Shown one piece after another: positions 22,693-35,200 of a stretch of DNA of 64,000 bases. The stretch comes from Diadema antillarum (taxonomy: Eukaryota). The stretch lies in assembly GCF_040938485.1 (NCBI RefSeq), contig NW_027271292.1:124001-188000 (forward strand), read 5' to 3'. The position numbers and the translations under genes are program-made. The notes under the pieces are model-generated. The model worked only from the letters and a program-made list of their open reading frames with translations. It had not been told where the DNA came from and did not search any database. Position 1 is the stretch's first letter. Each line of letters starts with the position of its first letter.

Positions 22693-25600
22693 GTAAGTTA
22701 CATGTACATACCTTGTTGTCAACACTTTGAAATTAGCATGGTTTACAAGTACAGTAGCATGGTATTATGTTCCATGCAAACATATCACAATATCAGTTTA
22801 ACTGTATAGTACCATCCACATTGTAACAATGTTCACATGTGTACATCACAAAGACCCCAAAAAGTTGCAGTGTTGATTTTCTTGCCAGAAATGTGATATG
22901 GGTCTACATGGTTTTGCCCTGTCTTTTGATAATTTAAACATTATGGAAGCCTTTTCCTGTTGAAATTTTTATGTTCACAAGTTCAGTTTTTTTCTTTTTG
23001 ATTGTTATTACTTATCTCTTTAATAATTCTTTGTAGACATTTTGTTTTTCACCTTAAGTTATTTTTTTATTTTCTGAACCTGGTAAATATTCTTTTATCA
23101 ACACTAAAGTTTGGAAGCATGCACAAGTACATGTAATTAGGTGAGAATAGTGTTCTTCCTATTTAATAGTGTACATTTTGTATAATTATGTTTCTTCTGT
23201 TTGGTATTCTTGTTCTCTGTAATGCACCCATTAGGCACCAGAAAACCCTGCAAGAACTTGTCAGAATACTTTGAAGAAAAAAAAAAATGGACAGAATGTG
23301 TTCAGTGATATTCAGTGGAAAAATATGTGTGTACACTGCTTAGTGGAGTCAGTTTACTTTCTCTCCAAAATAATGTTCACAGAGCTTACATTTTCTATCA
23401 CTTATATTGCAGTTTGATGGGAACACAAAAAGACCTATCTCATGACTTTCTTGTATCATATATGATGCAAGTTTACATACAGTGGGGTTTGTGATGAAAA
23501 GACGAATCAATTGATGTGTAAATGGTACAAAGGTTGTGTCATTGACATTTTGCTTGAACTTTGACACTTAATGACATTATTTGCCCTTTGCAGATGAAAC
23601 AAAAACCCAGCTTTAGTGCTTCAAAATTGTTTTGAAATGTGAGATAGGGGTAGAAACAACCACTGTAAACATTTTAATCATAATAGTCAATTTTAAGTAT
23701 AGTACCGGTAATACAAAATGTGAACAATAGTTATGATATAACTTTTCCTAGACTAAATCATCTACCATTATGGTTTAGTGAGAAAAATAGTGATATCTCC
23801 TTGTATTTTAGGCTTTATTGCAAAATTGTTATGTGGTAGGACATCATGTGATACAACTGACCTACACATATATGCATCAAATGTGATAACTCGAATATTT
23901 TTTCAAAGAACTGCCCGCAATGGTAAACAGTACCTTTAAGAGAGGGGAGTTTTGACATACTTTTATGTTAGATCTAGTTACTTGAAAGGTGGTGAATTAG
24001 AGCAGCAAAAAACTAAGTCAAGAATAAAATACTACAATTAAAGTGAATAGTGACACTTCATGAATCATTTTAGTTTTTATCATGTTGTTAAATGGGGGAA
24101 ATATTAAGTTAAGTACATGCTATCCCTTTATAGCCTGGAGATTGTGGTTACACTGTACCTGTCATTTCACTTTCTGCAGCTCTGAAGGAAAGGATTGTCA
24201 AAAACTTCTTCAAGTTCTTTAGAAGTCTTCCATATGTCAAGGGCAAGGTTTGTTTTTCTATTCTTCTACCAACTAGACATTGCTAATTTTACAACCTCCG
24301 TAATGACTCACCATCTAGAGTAACTGTGCCATGCAACATAGTGCCAAAGAACTTCTCTGACAGTGCATTGATTGAAATTTACTGTAAAACCAGGAATTTT
24401 TGTGTGCATGCAATTTTCAGCATTTCCATAGGATACGAAAGGCGTGAAGCAAAGCCTTTGTAAATTCAGCAAGAAAGTCTAATCAGTGTTTTGTTATTTG
24501 CTGTTAAATTTTCCATTGTGTATATTGTATATTAGTGAATTCATTTGAAAAAGATTTGGTAACAATTCCTTTTACCGTGCAAAGAGGTTGAAAGATCAAT
24601 CCATTAGGTTAGTTGTCAAGACAAATGATGTGCCACGTTCCCATGCCAAACTCAGTCGATGGCTTGCCAACATTGCATATTTGCTCAAATGCACAAGTGC
24701 ACATAAACTGATTGATGAATGGCTCTAAGCCATAACACTGACACCATCCTAGCCATAGCTTTGTCATGAAATTTACGTCACAGCAAAACTTGCAATTTTC
24801 TCTACAAAGTTGCTGTACTGCAATTCTAGCAAGAATTTAAAAAGGTAGATGGCTTTGAAAAAGGGATTGTTTTTCAAAAGCGCTTGTGCATTGCGGTTTC
24901 AGAATAATGTGGAAGGGGGGGGGGGTTACACCTTGGCATACAAATAGTTTTACCTGTTGAGGATGAGTCCAAAGTATACTCTTGGGCAAGCGTCTATGGG
25001 AAATGCGTGTTGTAGCTTTATCAAACCGTCCTCAATGGGTTAAGTGTAAGTGAGGGGGCCATACTTGTGGCAGAATATAGTGATTGCGTGAAAAACTGGA
25101 GGCATTCCAGTCAATTGCCTGCTGCAGAAGAAACACTCTAACTCGTCTTGTTGTCCTCAATTTTATAAATTCACTTTTCATCGGACTGTTAAGATCAAAG
25201 AGGAGATTGACAAGAACATTGCTGGGATTGCAAGGGATCTGTTTCCCCTGAAGCCAGGAGATAGCTATGTCCTTCAGCTTCCTGCCAAGGGACTGACCAG
25301 GGAGGACATCATGAACAAGGTCAACAAGTCTTACAAACCTATGAGTAAGTCTTTCCAACTGATTTCATGAATACTTTGCATCCTTACGGAAATATTGCAC
25401 ATGTTTGTAGAAGGAAAGTAAGAAGAGAAATAAAGACACTTTATGAGTGATGAGAAATAATTATACAGACTAAACTGCTTCACATAATATATGATGCAGT
25501 ACTTCCTATCAAAGAGAGGTACAAATTGTAATGACTACCTTTTGTAAGATTATTAACTTCTGAGATTTCTTTCAGGATTAAATGAACTGTATTTGTTTAT

Positions 25601-26190
25601 GGGGAAGAGGAATTTCATCTTAAGAATCTTCTACCTCTAGGTTTGAATAGGTTTACTCTTTATCTGTTAAAACCAGGGAAAGAAACACACTGCATTTAAA
25701 TGTCTGTGAATATTCATGAGACACTGTATTTATATTTATGGCTGTAAATAACTATGGCATGTGATCATGACAATGGGGCAGTAAATCTAGTAAGTTTACT
25801 TGTATGACATTAAGTTACCAAAACAAGGCTGCTCTTCTTCCCACTGTGACGTTCTAATTGAACTGATTTTGATGCAAGTATTTCATTTTCTGCCAAAGTA
25901 ACAGGAAGTCTTTGCCTGCCCGAAACTAGTAGAGTCACCAAACTGCTCTTTTGATGCAATACTTGTAGATTTTCCAGTACTCTTGCATGAATAGAAGGCT
26001 GTCGCTTAGAATTCTTGATATGTACAACATATGAAAAGTTGCAATTACACTGTTTATATGCAAGAACTTATGCCCATTGATACAGCAATTGTTCACATTC
26101 AGAAAGCTTGTAAAAGTTCTATGACTTTGCTGGACAGTTTGGTTGATTTCTCTTCACACAATTGAAGTAATATTTAAATTATGATGCATT

Positions 26191-26253
<63 letters not shown>

Positions 26254-29200
26254 TGCACGAAGACAATAAACTATGTGCTGGTCTCTCAAATTGATTTAAT
26301 AGGCCACTCAAAAGATTCAGTACTTCAAGTGTGAAGAGTTAAAGGACCTCACATGTCTTTCAGCACTGGATTGTAATGTAAACTACAGAGATGGTATACA
26401 AATGTATGTTGCCTCTTTGCAACTAGGTAAAAATGAATGTCTGCAAACCATTTGAAGTGATCTGATTTCCACCATCACATCTGTAGGTAGCATTGATTGG
26501 AAAGGAGGCAAGGTTTCTGGGTGTGTGTATGCAGGAACAGATGAAATGGCCTCTCTAGCTGCACAGGTTAGTTATAACAATAGTTGTCGTGTGAACTCAA
26601 GTAATTACACTGTAAGTCGTACACTCAATACCATATCCACAAAGAGCTGGGGTTTCTTTTCACTGCATTCCATCAGTGGCAAGTTCAGGATTATATACGT
26701 GATTGTGCAGGTATGAAAGAAACATGATGAAACCTGTTTAAAGAGGTTATTAGCTCTCATTACATGTTTCTCTATGCTTCCTCAATATAAGAATATGGCA
26801 TAGGTCTGGTTTCTCATGTGAGCCGTGTGTGTTAATGTTTGAACTACCTGCAATAATTCAAGTGTGAAATGTAGATATTTTTTTTTATTGAAGCCACCTA
26901 CTAGCCACATACACACTATCATACAGTATGTAATGTAAAAGCATGTGTTGGGTTAACATTAAACTTTTTTTCCGTACGTATGATATCCTTTCACATTCCC
27001 CCCCCCCCTCCCGATTTGTTTAATGGCGCTTCATTTTCTAGTTCTTTTGTTTCATGCATTTACAGTCAATTGATGTATTTTCTCATAATGTTTCCTCTTC
27101 TCTTCTACTTGTTCTAGATGTACGAAGACTTTGCCTGGACCAACCCTCTGCACCCAGATGTCTTTCCTGATGTACGTAAGATGGAGGCAGAGATTGTATC
27201 CATGACACTGAAAATGTTCAATGCCTCCAAGTCTGGATGTGGAACGGTGAGTGTATCAGAAAACTTGATATTGGTATGATATGTCATAATGTATGATGTC
27301 TTAAGTATGATGTCATGTTCACAGAGACAATTCAAGAATGAGTGCTTTATCATTGAAGTGTCATATGATTTCATAGTGGTCTCCCTGAAAGAGGAGAAGG
27401 GTGATATGTTTCTGTTTGATCAGTTTTTATTTGTTTCTTCTTACTAGTATTTTGTGTCTTCTTTTGTGTGTGTGTGTGTGTCAGTATAATCATACCCAAA
27501 AAAATATTCGGAGCAATACTCCGTTAACTTATGCCAGAACATATATCAGATAAAAACCCTCTTGACTGGCTATTAAGAATGGTGAAGATGACATTTAGTC
27601 TCCAAAGGGATTTCATCAGTTATTGCCACATGACACATAAACCGTATGTCCCACCTCACAAATACTGTGTCAGAATATTATAGACACAGAAAACAAGGAA
27701 AGTTATGGAAGATCTATGCAAAAAAAAGACAGCAATCACTAAATGTACATGTATGTATGTAAAATGGACTTTCTTCCTCTAACAAAGAATTTGATACATG
27801 TGACACATACATGTATTCCTTGGTTCTGACTTGGTGCTCCCTGTCTTCAACTGAACACAGATGACAACAGGTGGGACTGAGAGTATCCTAATGGCCATGG
27901 CATCCTACAGAGATTTAGCAACAGAGAGAGGAATTGAATTCCCAGAAATGTAAGTTGAAATGGACTGAAGGCTCTGGCCAAACAAGAAATAGAATACAGG
28001 GGAAAGTTCTGCATTTATAACAAGGACCTCAAAAATGTGACAATTGGGACTGCCTTGTAATATCAGGTTCCTCACTATATCAGGTACAACAACAAAGGAA
28101 TATGAAAAGTCTCTAGGTAAGTGATACAAGTAGCACTACAAGTATTAACATTGTTTTAGTAGCAGGAATGGTTAGTGATAATGGTACAGATAGTGGAAGT
28201 AGTGCTCATGATAGTGCCAGATGTAGGCCTAGTTGTTTATACATAAAATGATACACTGTGCAGATATAGTATGGCTGTTTTATTACCATTGGCACTTAAT
28301 TGATCACATACAACATGTTTTGTGGGGATTGTGTGGAGAAGGGTGATGCAGACAAGTAAATTTGTGTAAGTAAATTTGTGTAAATAAATTTGGGTATGTG
28401 AATGTGAATGTATGTCTATAGTTTCTTGAATACATCAGGGATAGATCTGATTGCCTTTAATATAGAAGTAGATTTCACTATCAAGAATCAGTGCTTAAAA
28501 TGCTAGATTAGATAGACTGTGTGTAAAACTTAATATTTAGACATTATAGTGTGTTCTAGCCTTTCATGGGGATGAAATGGTTCCTATTGTGTGTATGTCT
28601 TTCTTGGAATGTGCATACAGCCTTGCCCCTGTGACTGCCCATGCAGCCTTTGACAAGGCAGCTCACTACTTCAGAATGAAGCTGATTCATCTTCCTGTGG
28701 ATCCAAAAACACACCAAGTCAGCATTAGGGTGAGAGTAGATCAACTTTCCTACAAACACCAACTATACCAGATCTCACATTCACTGCTATCCTGATATGG
28801 TTTAGTAAATATATGATATATCATCCTTGTTGCATTATGTGATTAGATATCAGCAATCATCAATGTCATACTTTAAAATGATACAATGCCTAGACCCAAA
28901 TGACAATGATAATATGCAACAGTGAAATAGTGAGAAAATCACTACTGTGGTTCTGCTTGCAGAGAGAGAATAGCTGAAATGTATCAAATCTACCACTCAA
29001 TCAAAGGTGACAAGTCGGCTTGAATGACCAACATGTCTGTGTCAGGCACAGAATGTCAGACAGTTATATGAGAAGTTACAGTTTAACCCTAACTAGGCCG
29101 GGGGTGGGGCTCCGTGGCCCCCCCCCCCCCCTCGACGTTTCACGCGATGTATCGCTAACGCGAAAAGCTAACGCCGCGACGTTTCATTACTTTTTTCTTT

Positions 29201-32200
29201 CGAGTCTCCCGCATCTTTTGACACCAAATTTGCGATGCCCGGGCGCACGGTTCCGAAGTTTCGCATAAATATGTACGTGCATGTCAGACCAAATATTGCT
29301 CAAAAACGTGAATTCGTGTACAATTTCAATGCAAACTGTGCTTACAGGCAAATTTCATAAAAGCATGATTATTTTGGGGTTTTATTGACTAAAATCAATT
29401 AATAACATATTTTCTTGTTCGGAACAATGTCGCGGACAAGTTTCATCGAAAAAAACAATGAAAAACATAAAGTCGAAAAACAAATAAATACATAGAAATT
29501 CAAAAAACAATAAAATACTTAAGAAATTTTTTCAGATGGCACAATTTTTTTCTCTTATATTTGCTCAGGACACTAAAAAGAATATTTACACTAAAAATGT
29601 GCCCATTTTGAGCTTTATTTAGTGATTTATACCAAATTGTCTGATTTCATGCATTATTATGCATAAATTAGCATAATTAAGCATAAATGATAGGTTTTTT
29701 TTTAATTCAACTTCATGGTACTTTAGATTACGTCATAGGCAATGTGTGTGCGAATTTTCGTCACGATCACACGGTCGACGGCCGAGATCTGGAGGGGGGG
29801 CCTGGGAGGCCCCCCCACCCCGGCTCTATGATCTACCTAAATAGCCCAGCCTAGTTAGGGTTTAACTAGTAGCAATGCCATACATTGAATTTTGTACCAC
29901 CCTCAACGTAACACTACTTTCAGCCTCATTCTTAGAGGGGACACAAAATGGTGGAGACATCTAGGCAGTGTGGTCTCTTAAGATTTACTTTTTTTATTAC
30001 AACAGAGACCAAAGAATGCTTGGAAACTTCTTTGAAATTATAGAGATGGTGAATCTTTATTTCTACACTGTCTTTCGTTGAGAGCTTGATTTGAGCTGGC
30101 AGTGTTAATTGTTTCTGCCCATTTTATGTGTTTGTATCTAAGTTGTATCATGCAGTTTCTCAGTCAGAATTACGCAGCTACTCAAGATATGCACAAATGG
30201 AGCCTGGATAACATTCTTTTCCAAACTCGAGGCTCACTGCTTCATGTTTTTACATCATTGAATGTGACAACTCTCCTTAAACCAGGAAGTCTGCAAACAA
30301 GGAGTGCTGTCTGACTTGAAATTTCTTTTTTCTTTTTGCATCTGAAAATCTCTTTTTCCTTTTCCTTTAGGCAATGAAAAGAAAAATCAGCAAGAGAACA
30401 GCTGTCCTCGTTGGATCGGCTCCCCAATTTCCTTTTGGTATCATGGATCCAATAAAGGATATTGCAGAGGTGAGGCTTTCGAGTGTGATTAGATATATAT
30501 TCAAAATATTTCAAGACACAAGCAAGCCCACAATAAAAAGAGTTATGTACTGTTGTAAAGATAACTTACATCAAATATGTTTGTTAATTTTGTCAGTATT
30601 TAATTGGACCTGTGGTTGTGTGTTGACTTTGCCATTGTTTCGATGAAAACCACTTTGTATGTGTGCGTCTTTTTAATACCAGGTAGAAAACAAGACCGTA
30701 CTACAGTCCAACTTGCCTTACGACCACCTGTCTATAACAGCCACTGAAAAATCCCCCCGAGAGAAAATCCCTGTGAGAGACCCTGTGTATAACAGCCACC
30801 TGTCTAACGCGGCCAGCGGCCACAAATTTTGTTTCCCGCAGTAGATTTTAACCTGTCTATAGTGGCTACAGACCCGATGGAGCGTAAAGGGGTATCTCAC
30901 TGGGTGGCGAACGTTTGCGAACGTAGTGAATTCGGGATTTCACCAGGGTTCATAAAGGGTTGCAAAAGGTTCGTTAACAGTTGCAAGAAAGTTCGCAAAA
31001 GTTTTTATTGTCACAAGCAGTTTTTCTTGTGGCAAAGAAATTTTGAACATATTCAAAAAATTTTTGCGACTTTGTATTCTTGCTAACAGTTGCAAACATT
31101 CGTCAGAAAAGTTGGCGAATCTCAAATTCGCTGCGTTCACAAACATTCGCCGCTCAGTGAGATATCCCCTTTAGCCGTGCCGATAATTCAGCATGTTTTT
31201 TTCTGCTTTGTAGCCATGCTAGTCAATCATGGTCAACATTCAGTGATAGCCACCACTGCATTCATCACTCATTTAGTCATAACAATTAATGCACTAGTGT
31301 TAAACTTTCTTCGCGACTGTACACATGCTACTGTGCAACAATTTCGTAAACACCGGCATTGCTCAATGCATGAAACACACGTGTGCATACGTAAACATAT
31401 GCATACAAACATGTACATGTAAGTACTTGCAGATACTCATGATGCATGTACATGTAGGCAAAAAGTTGGATAACCTGTCTATAGCAACCACCTGACTATA
31501 ACAGCCACTCTTTTTGTTTCCCTTGGGTGGCTGCTAGAGACAGGTTGGACTGTATTTATAATTCTCTTAGCCTCATTGTGGTGACATATGGCTGCAGTTC
31601 CTCCTCTTTGCCTTCATTGTGGATTCTCAGTCCTGTCTCATTAACAATTGAAAGGCTAAAGCAGTGTTCTATTGGTCTCACAGCTAGGTGAATACTACAA
31701 CATACCAGTCCATGTGGATGCATGCCTTGGAGGCTTCCTTATTCCATTCATGGAGAAGGCTGGATTCCCCCTACCTCCCTTTGACTTCAGACTCAAAGGA
31801 GTAACCAGCATCTCAGCAGACACACACAAGGTAAACACTACAACTTCACAGTCCAACAAGTTTGTTTGCAGATCATAAAGCTCTCCTTCAAAACCCTTAC
31901 AGAATCTGACATACCGTAAGCTTGATATGAACTAATGATTCTCAACTATTTGATGTATGTACCATAATGTTCCACCTGACGTAAAACAAGGAAGTGATTC
32001 CTCTGTTGAGTATTTTTCATTTGTATGGTCATTATGGACTGATGGCAAAAATGCATGATATGCCCCAAATTAGGAAAATTGGAAATATTTCATTTACATT
32101 GTATGCTGTCATGTTCTGTGGTTGGTAGGATGGTGCCGATGACAAGGTGATATTGATAGGAATACCACGGGTTCTTTTCAAAAGTAAAGATTATTAATTC

Positions 32201-35200
32201 TTACATTCGATATAAGCAACGATGTATTTAGTGATATTAATATAAGATTCATGAGGATGACCATCACCATCATTAGTTTATTATTGATGAAATACTCACT
32301 ACTATCAGTGTTTTTAAGGACCTCTAATATAGTTGTGTTGACATATCAACAAATTTCTGATTCTTTATTCATCATTTGCTGTGTTGCAGTATGGTTATGC
32401 CCCCAAAGGATCTTCAGTGATCATGTACAGTGAGCAGAAATACCGTCATCCTCAGTTTTTTGTTTCTCCTGACTGGACTGGAGGTATCTATGCCACGCCC
32501 ACAATTGGAGGTGAGAAAAGAAAGACTTGTAGTTTGTATCTCTTGACTAGGATGCAGTGCCACTTTGTCTGTTAAATAAGTGTGGCGATGTGTGAATTCT
32601 CCCTAGGGTATAGATGTGCCTTTGCACATCAGAGTCTGTATTCTTGTTTGCTGTAGGTTGTAAACAAGTATGGAGAGCGGTGTTGTGAATAACCAGTGTG
32701 TTTGTTTGTGAAAACAACTACTGTACATTTGCTTCCTTGCACTTTGTAACTCCAGCACCATCGGATGCACGAGGCAGTTAGCTTCCTTCAGTTGGGTGTG
32801 TCAGTGGTTGCATCTTTAATGTCTTTTCTTTTGAACTGTTCATTGATGTTTTAATAGCAAATACTGAATTCCATGGTCTGAAAATTGTATTCATCAAACT
32901 GAAAATATAGATTTAAAGTTGAACAGCTTTGACGAAAGAATTAGCATGCTTGCACAGTTTGTTTAGGTCAGACTGGTGCACACCAAAAATATGTGGGTCA
33001 ATGCAACATGGTATGACTATGCCTTTCAGTCAACAATGTAATTATTCAATACTGCAGATATGTTTTTTAAAAATATGATATATGAAATAGTAAGGTCACT
33101 TTTATGTTATTTTATGTGCTTTGTGCATTAGGAAGCCGTGCTGGAGCCATTATTGCAGCCTGCTGGGCAACCATGATGTTCATGGGTGAAGATGGTTATG
33201 TTGAAAATACTCGCAAGATTGTCAGTACTGCAAAGAAGATTGAAGAAGGGTGAGGAACTACTTGCTATCTAGTACAGTGAATGTACCTCACACAGTCTCC
33301 TTGGTTGTGATGGGAATCACAGTTTGGTTTTTACCATAAAGCATGGTGTAACATGAATTTAATTGGTTTCTTTCTTTCTTTCTTTCCTTATGTGTGTATG
33401 TGGGTTTTTTTATGTGTTTTTTTGTGTGTGTTTTTATTTATTTGTTGTTGTTGTTTTTTTGGTTTTTTTTGGTTTTTTTTTTGGGGGGGGAGGGGGTTGG
33501 AGTTCAGCTCACCTGACCCAAGACCCCAAATGAACTGTTGCAGTGTACTTCACATGCCTTGTGCCTTGTCCATAAACTTTTTTACTATATTTTCATCTTT
33601 AAAATGTAGGGGTAGACGATCAACAAATATCCAAATGATTCAGGTGATCCACATGAGGGTCCAGAGGTAGGGCCCAAAAGTAGAGTAAAAAAGACCCAAA
33701 AGTGAGATGATTTCAAAGATCTTCTCCAGATCCATCAGTAGGAAAACAAGTTGTTGCATTAAGATTTTTAAGTATGAGGATTTTAAGGTTATAAAGTATT
33801 TAAGGTATTCATGACCGTGGCAGTAAGTAGTACATAGCTGGATTATGCACCCACATTTATAAGAGGGAGAGAGTGAAGAGTTGAAGTGAGGCCCGAGGGC
33901 TAATCGTAATACACTATTCTTTTCCTTGATATTGCACGAACAGACTTCGAACAAGCTTAGCAGGAATCATTCTTAGGTGTCAGGATTAAAGAGAAGTTAA
34001 TACAAATGAGGTTGCCTTATGTGTGTGTGTGTGTGGGGGGGGGGGGGGGTGGAGGGTTAAGTTGCCTCTGTTGGGGCCAAGGGGCATGGCCAAAAAGACC
34101 CAAAATGATGTGAAATTCGTCAGCTCTTCAACTCCAAAACCAGAAGTAGTAAGGAGTTAGACACCGTCATTAACTCTGTTACATGGGCGTGTGAGCTTCT
34201 CATGATATTCACAGTAATGACCCAAAGTTGTACTTAGGGTACTGATGATAAATTTTGGGCCCTAATCTAGTGCCGCTATAATGCTGCTGTTCACGCAATA
34301 ATTTTGGCAACGTGTTATGCAATGGAATTCTGATTCAGTGCGTATTTAGTAAAATGATTTATGCATTTGAACATATAGTACCCATTCATCCAGTAGTAGT
34401 TCAAAGAAATATAAATCTGCACACATCTATGCATTACAATGTATCTCTTACTTATCCTAAATAGCTGGGGGGGGGGGGATATTTGTCTTAAGTTGCAACA
34501 CCATCACTGAGTGTGAATTCCTCCATGAAAAGAAATTTGTTTTTATGTCATATAAAACAGAATGACATATATTCAGTCTTGCGCTCACATGCTTTATTTT
34601 CTGCAGAAAGAAAAAAGAAGTCAAGTCTTGTCCAATCATTTGAGCCTCTATTTTCAGAAGATGTGAGAGTGCCTTGTCCGATTTGCATAGGTTTCACATA
34701 CAGTTACATGAGACAATGAAGAAAATAGCTATGATTAGAATCAGCCAAAAGGCAACACTTGACATGTATAGTCAGTCCTTTACAAGATATGAATCCAATA
34801 GAGATGAGATATGTTATACATCTACATCACATGCCTGTTTCAAAATAATGATATTTACATTTTATTCCTTGCATAGTTGCATCTATACTTTTTGCAATTG
34901 CGTTTGCTGGTTTTCGCTGTCGACTTTGTCTGGAAGAGACAATGTTAACACGTGGATTAATTTTATCAAAGGATACTTGAGATATGAATGAACCCAGAAC
35001 AGTTTGCTAAATTCAAGTTTATTTGTTTAAGAGCTATTCATCGTTATTTGTGTACAGGCTACGTAAGATACCAGGCATCTTTGTGTATGGCAAGCCTGAT
35101 GTGAGTGTGGTTGCTGTAGGATCCAAGGATTTCAACATCTACCGTCTGTCTGGTGATCTGACCAAACGGGGATGGAACCTCAACTCACTCCAGTTTCCTT

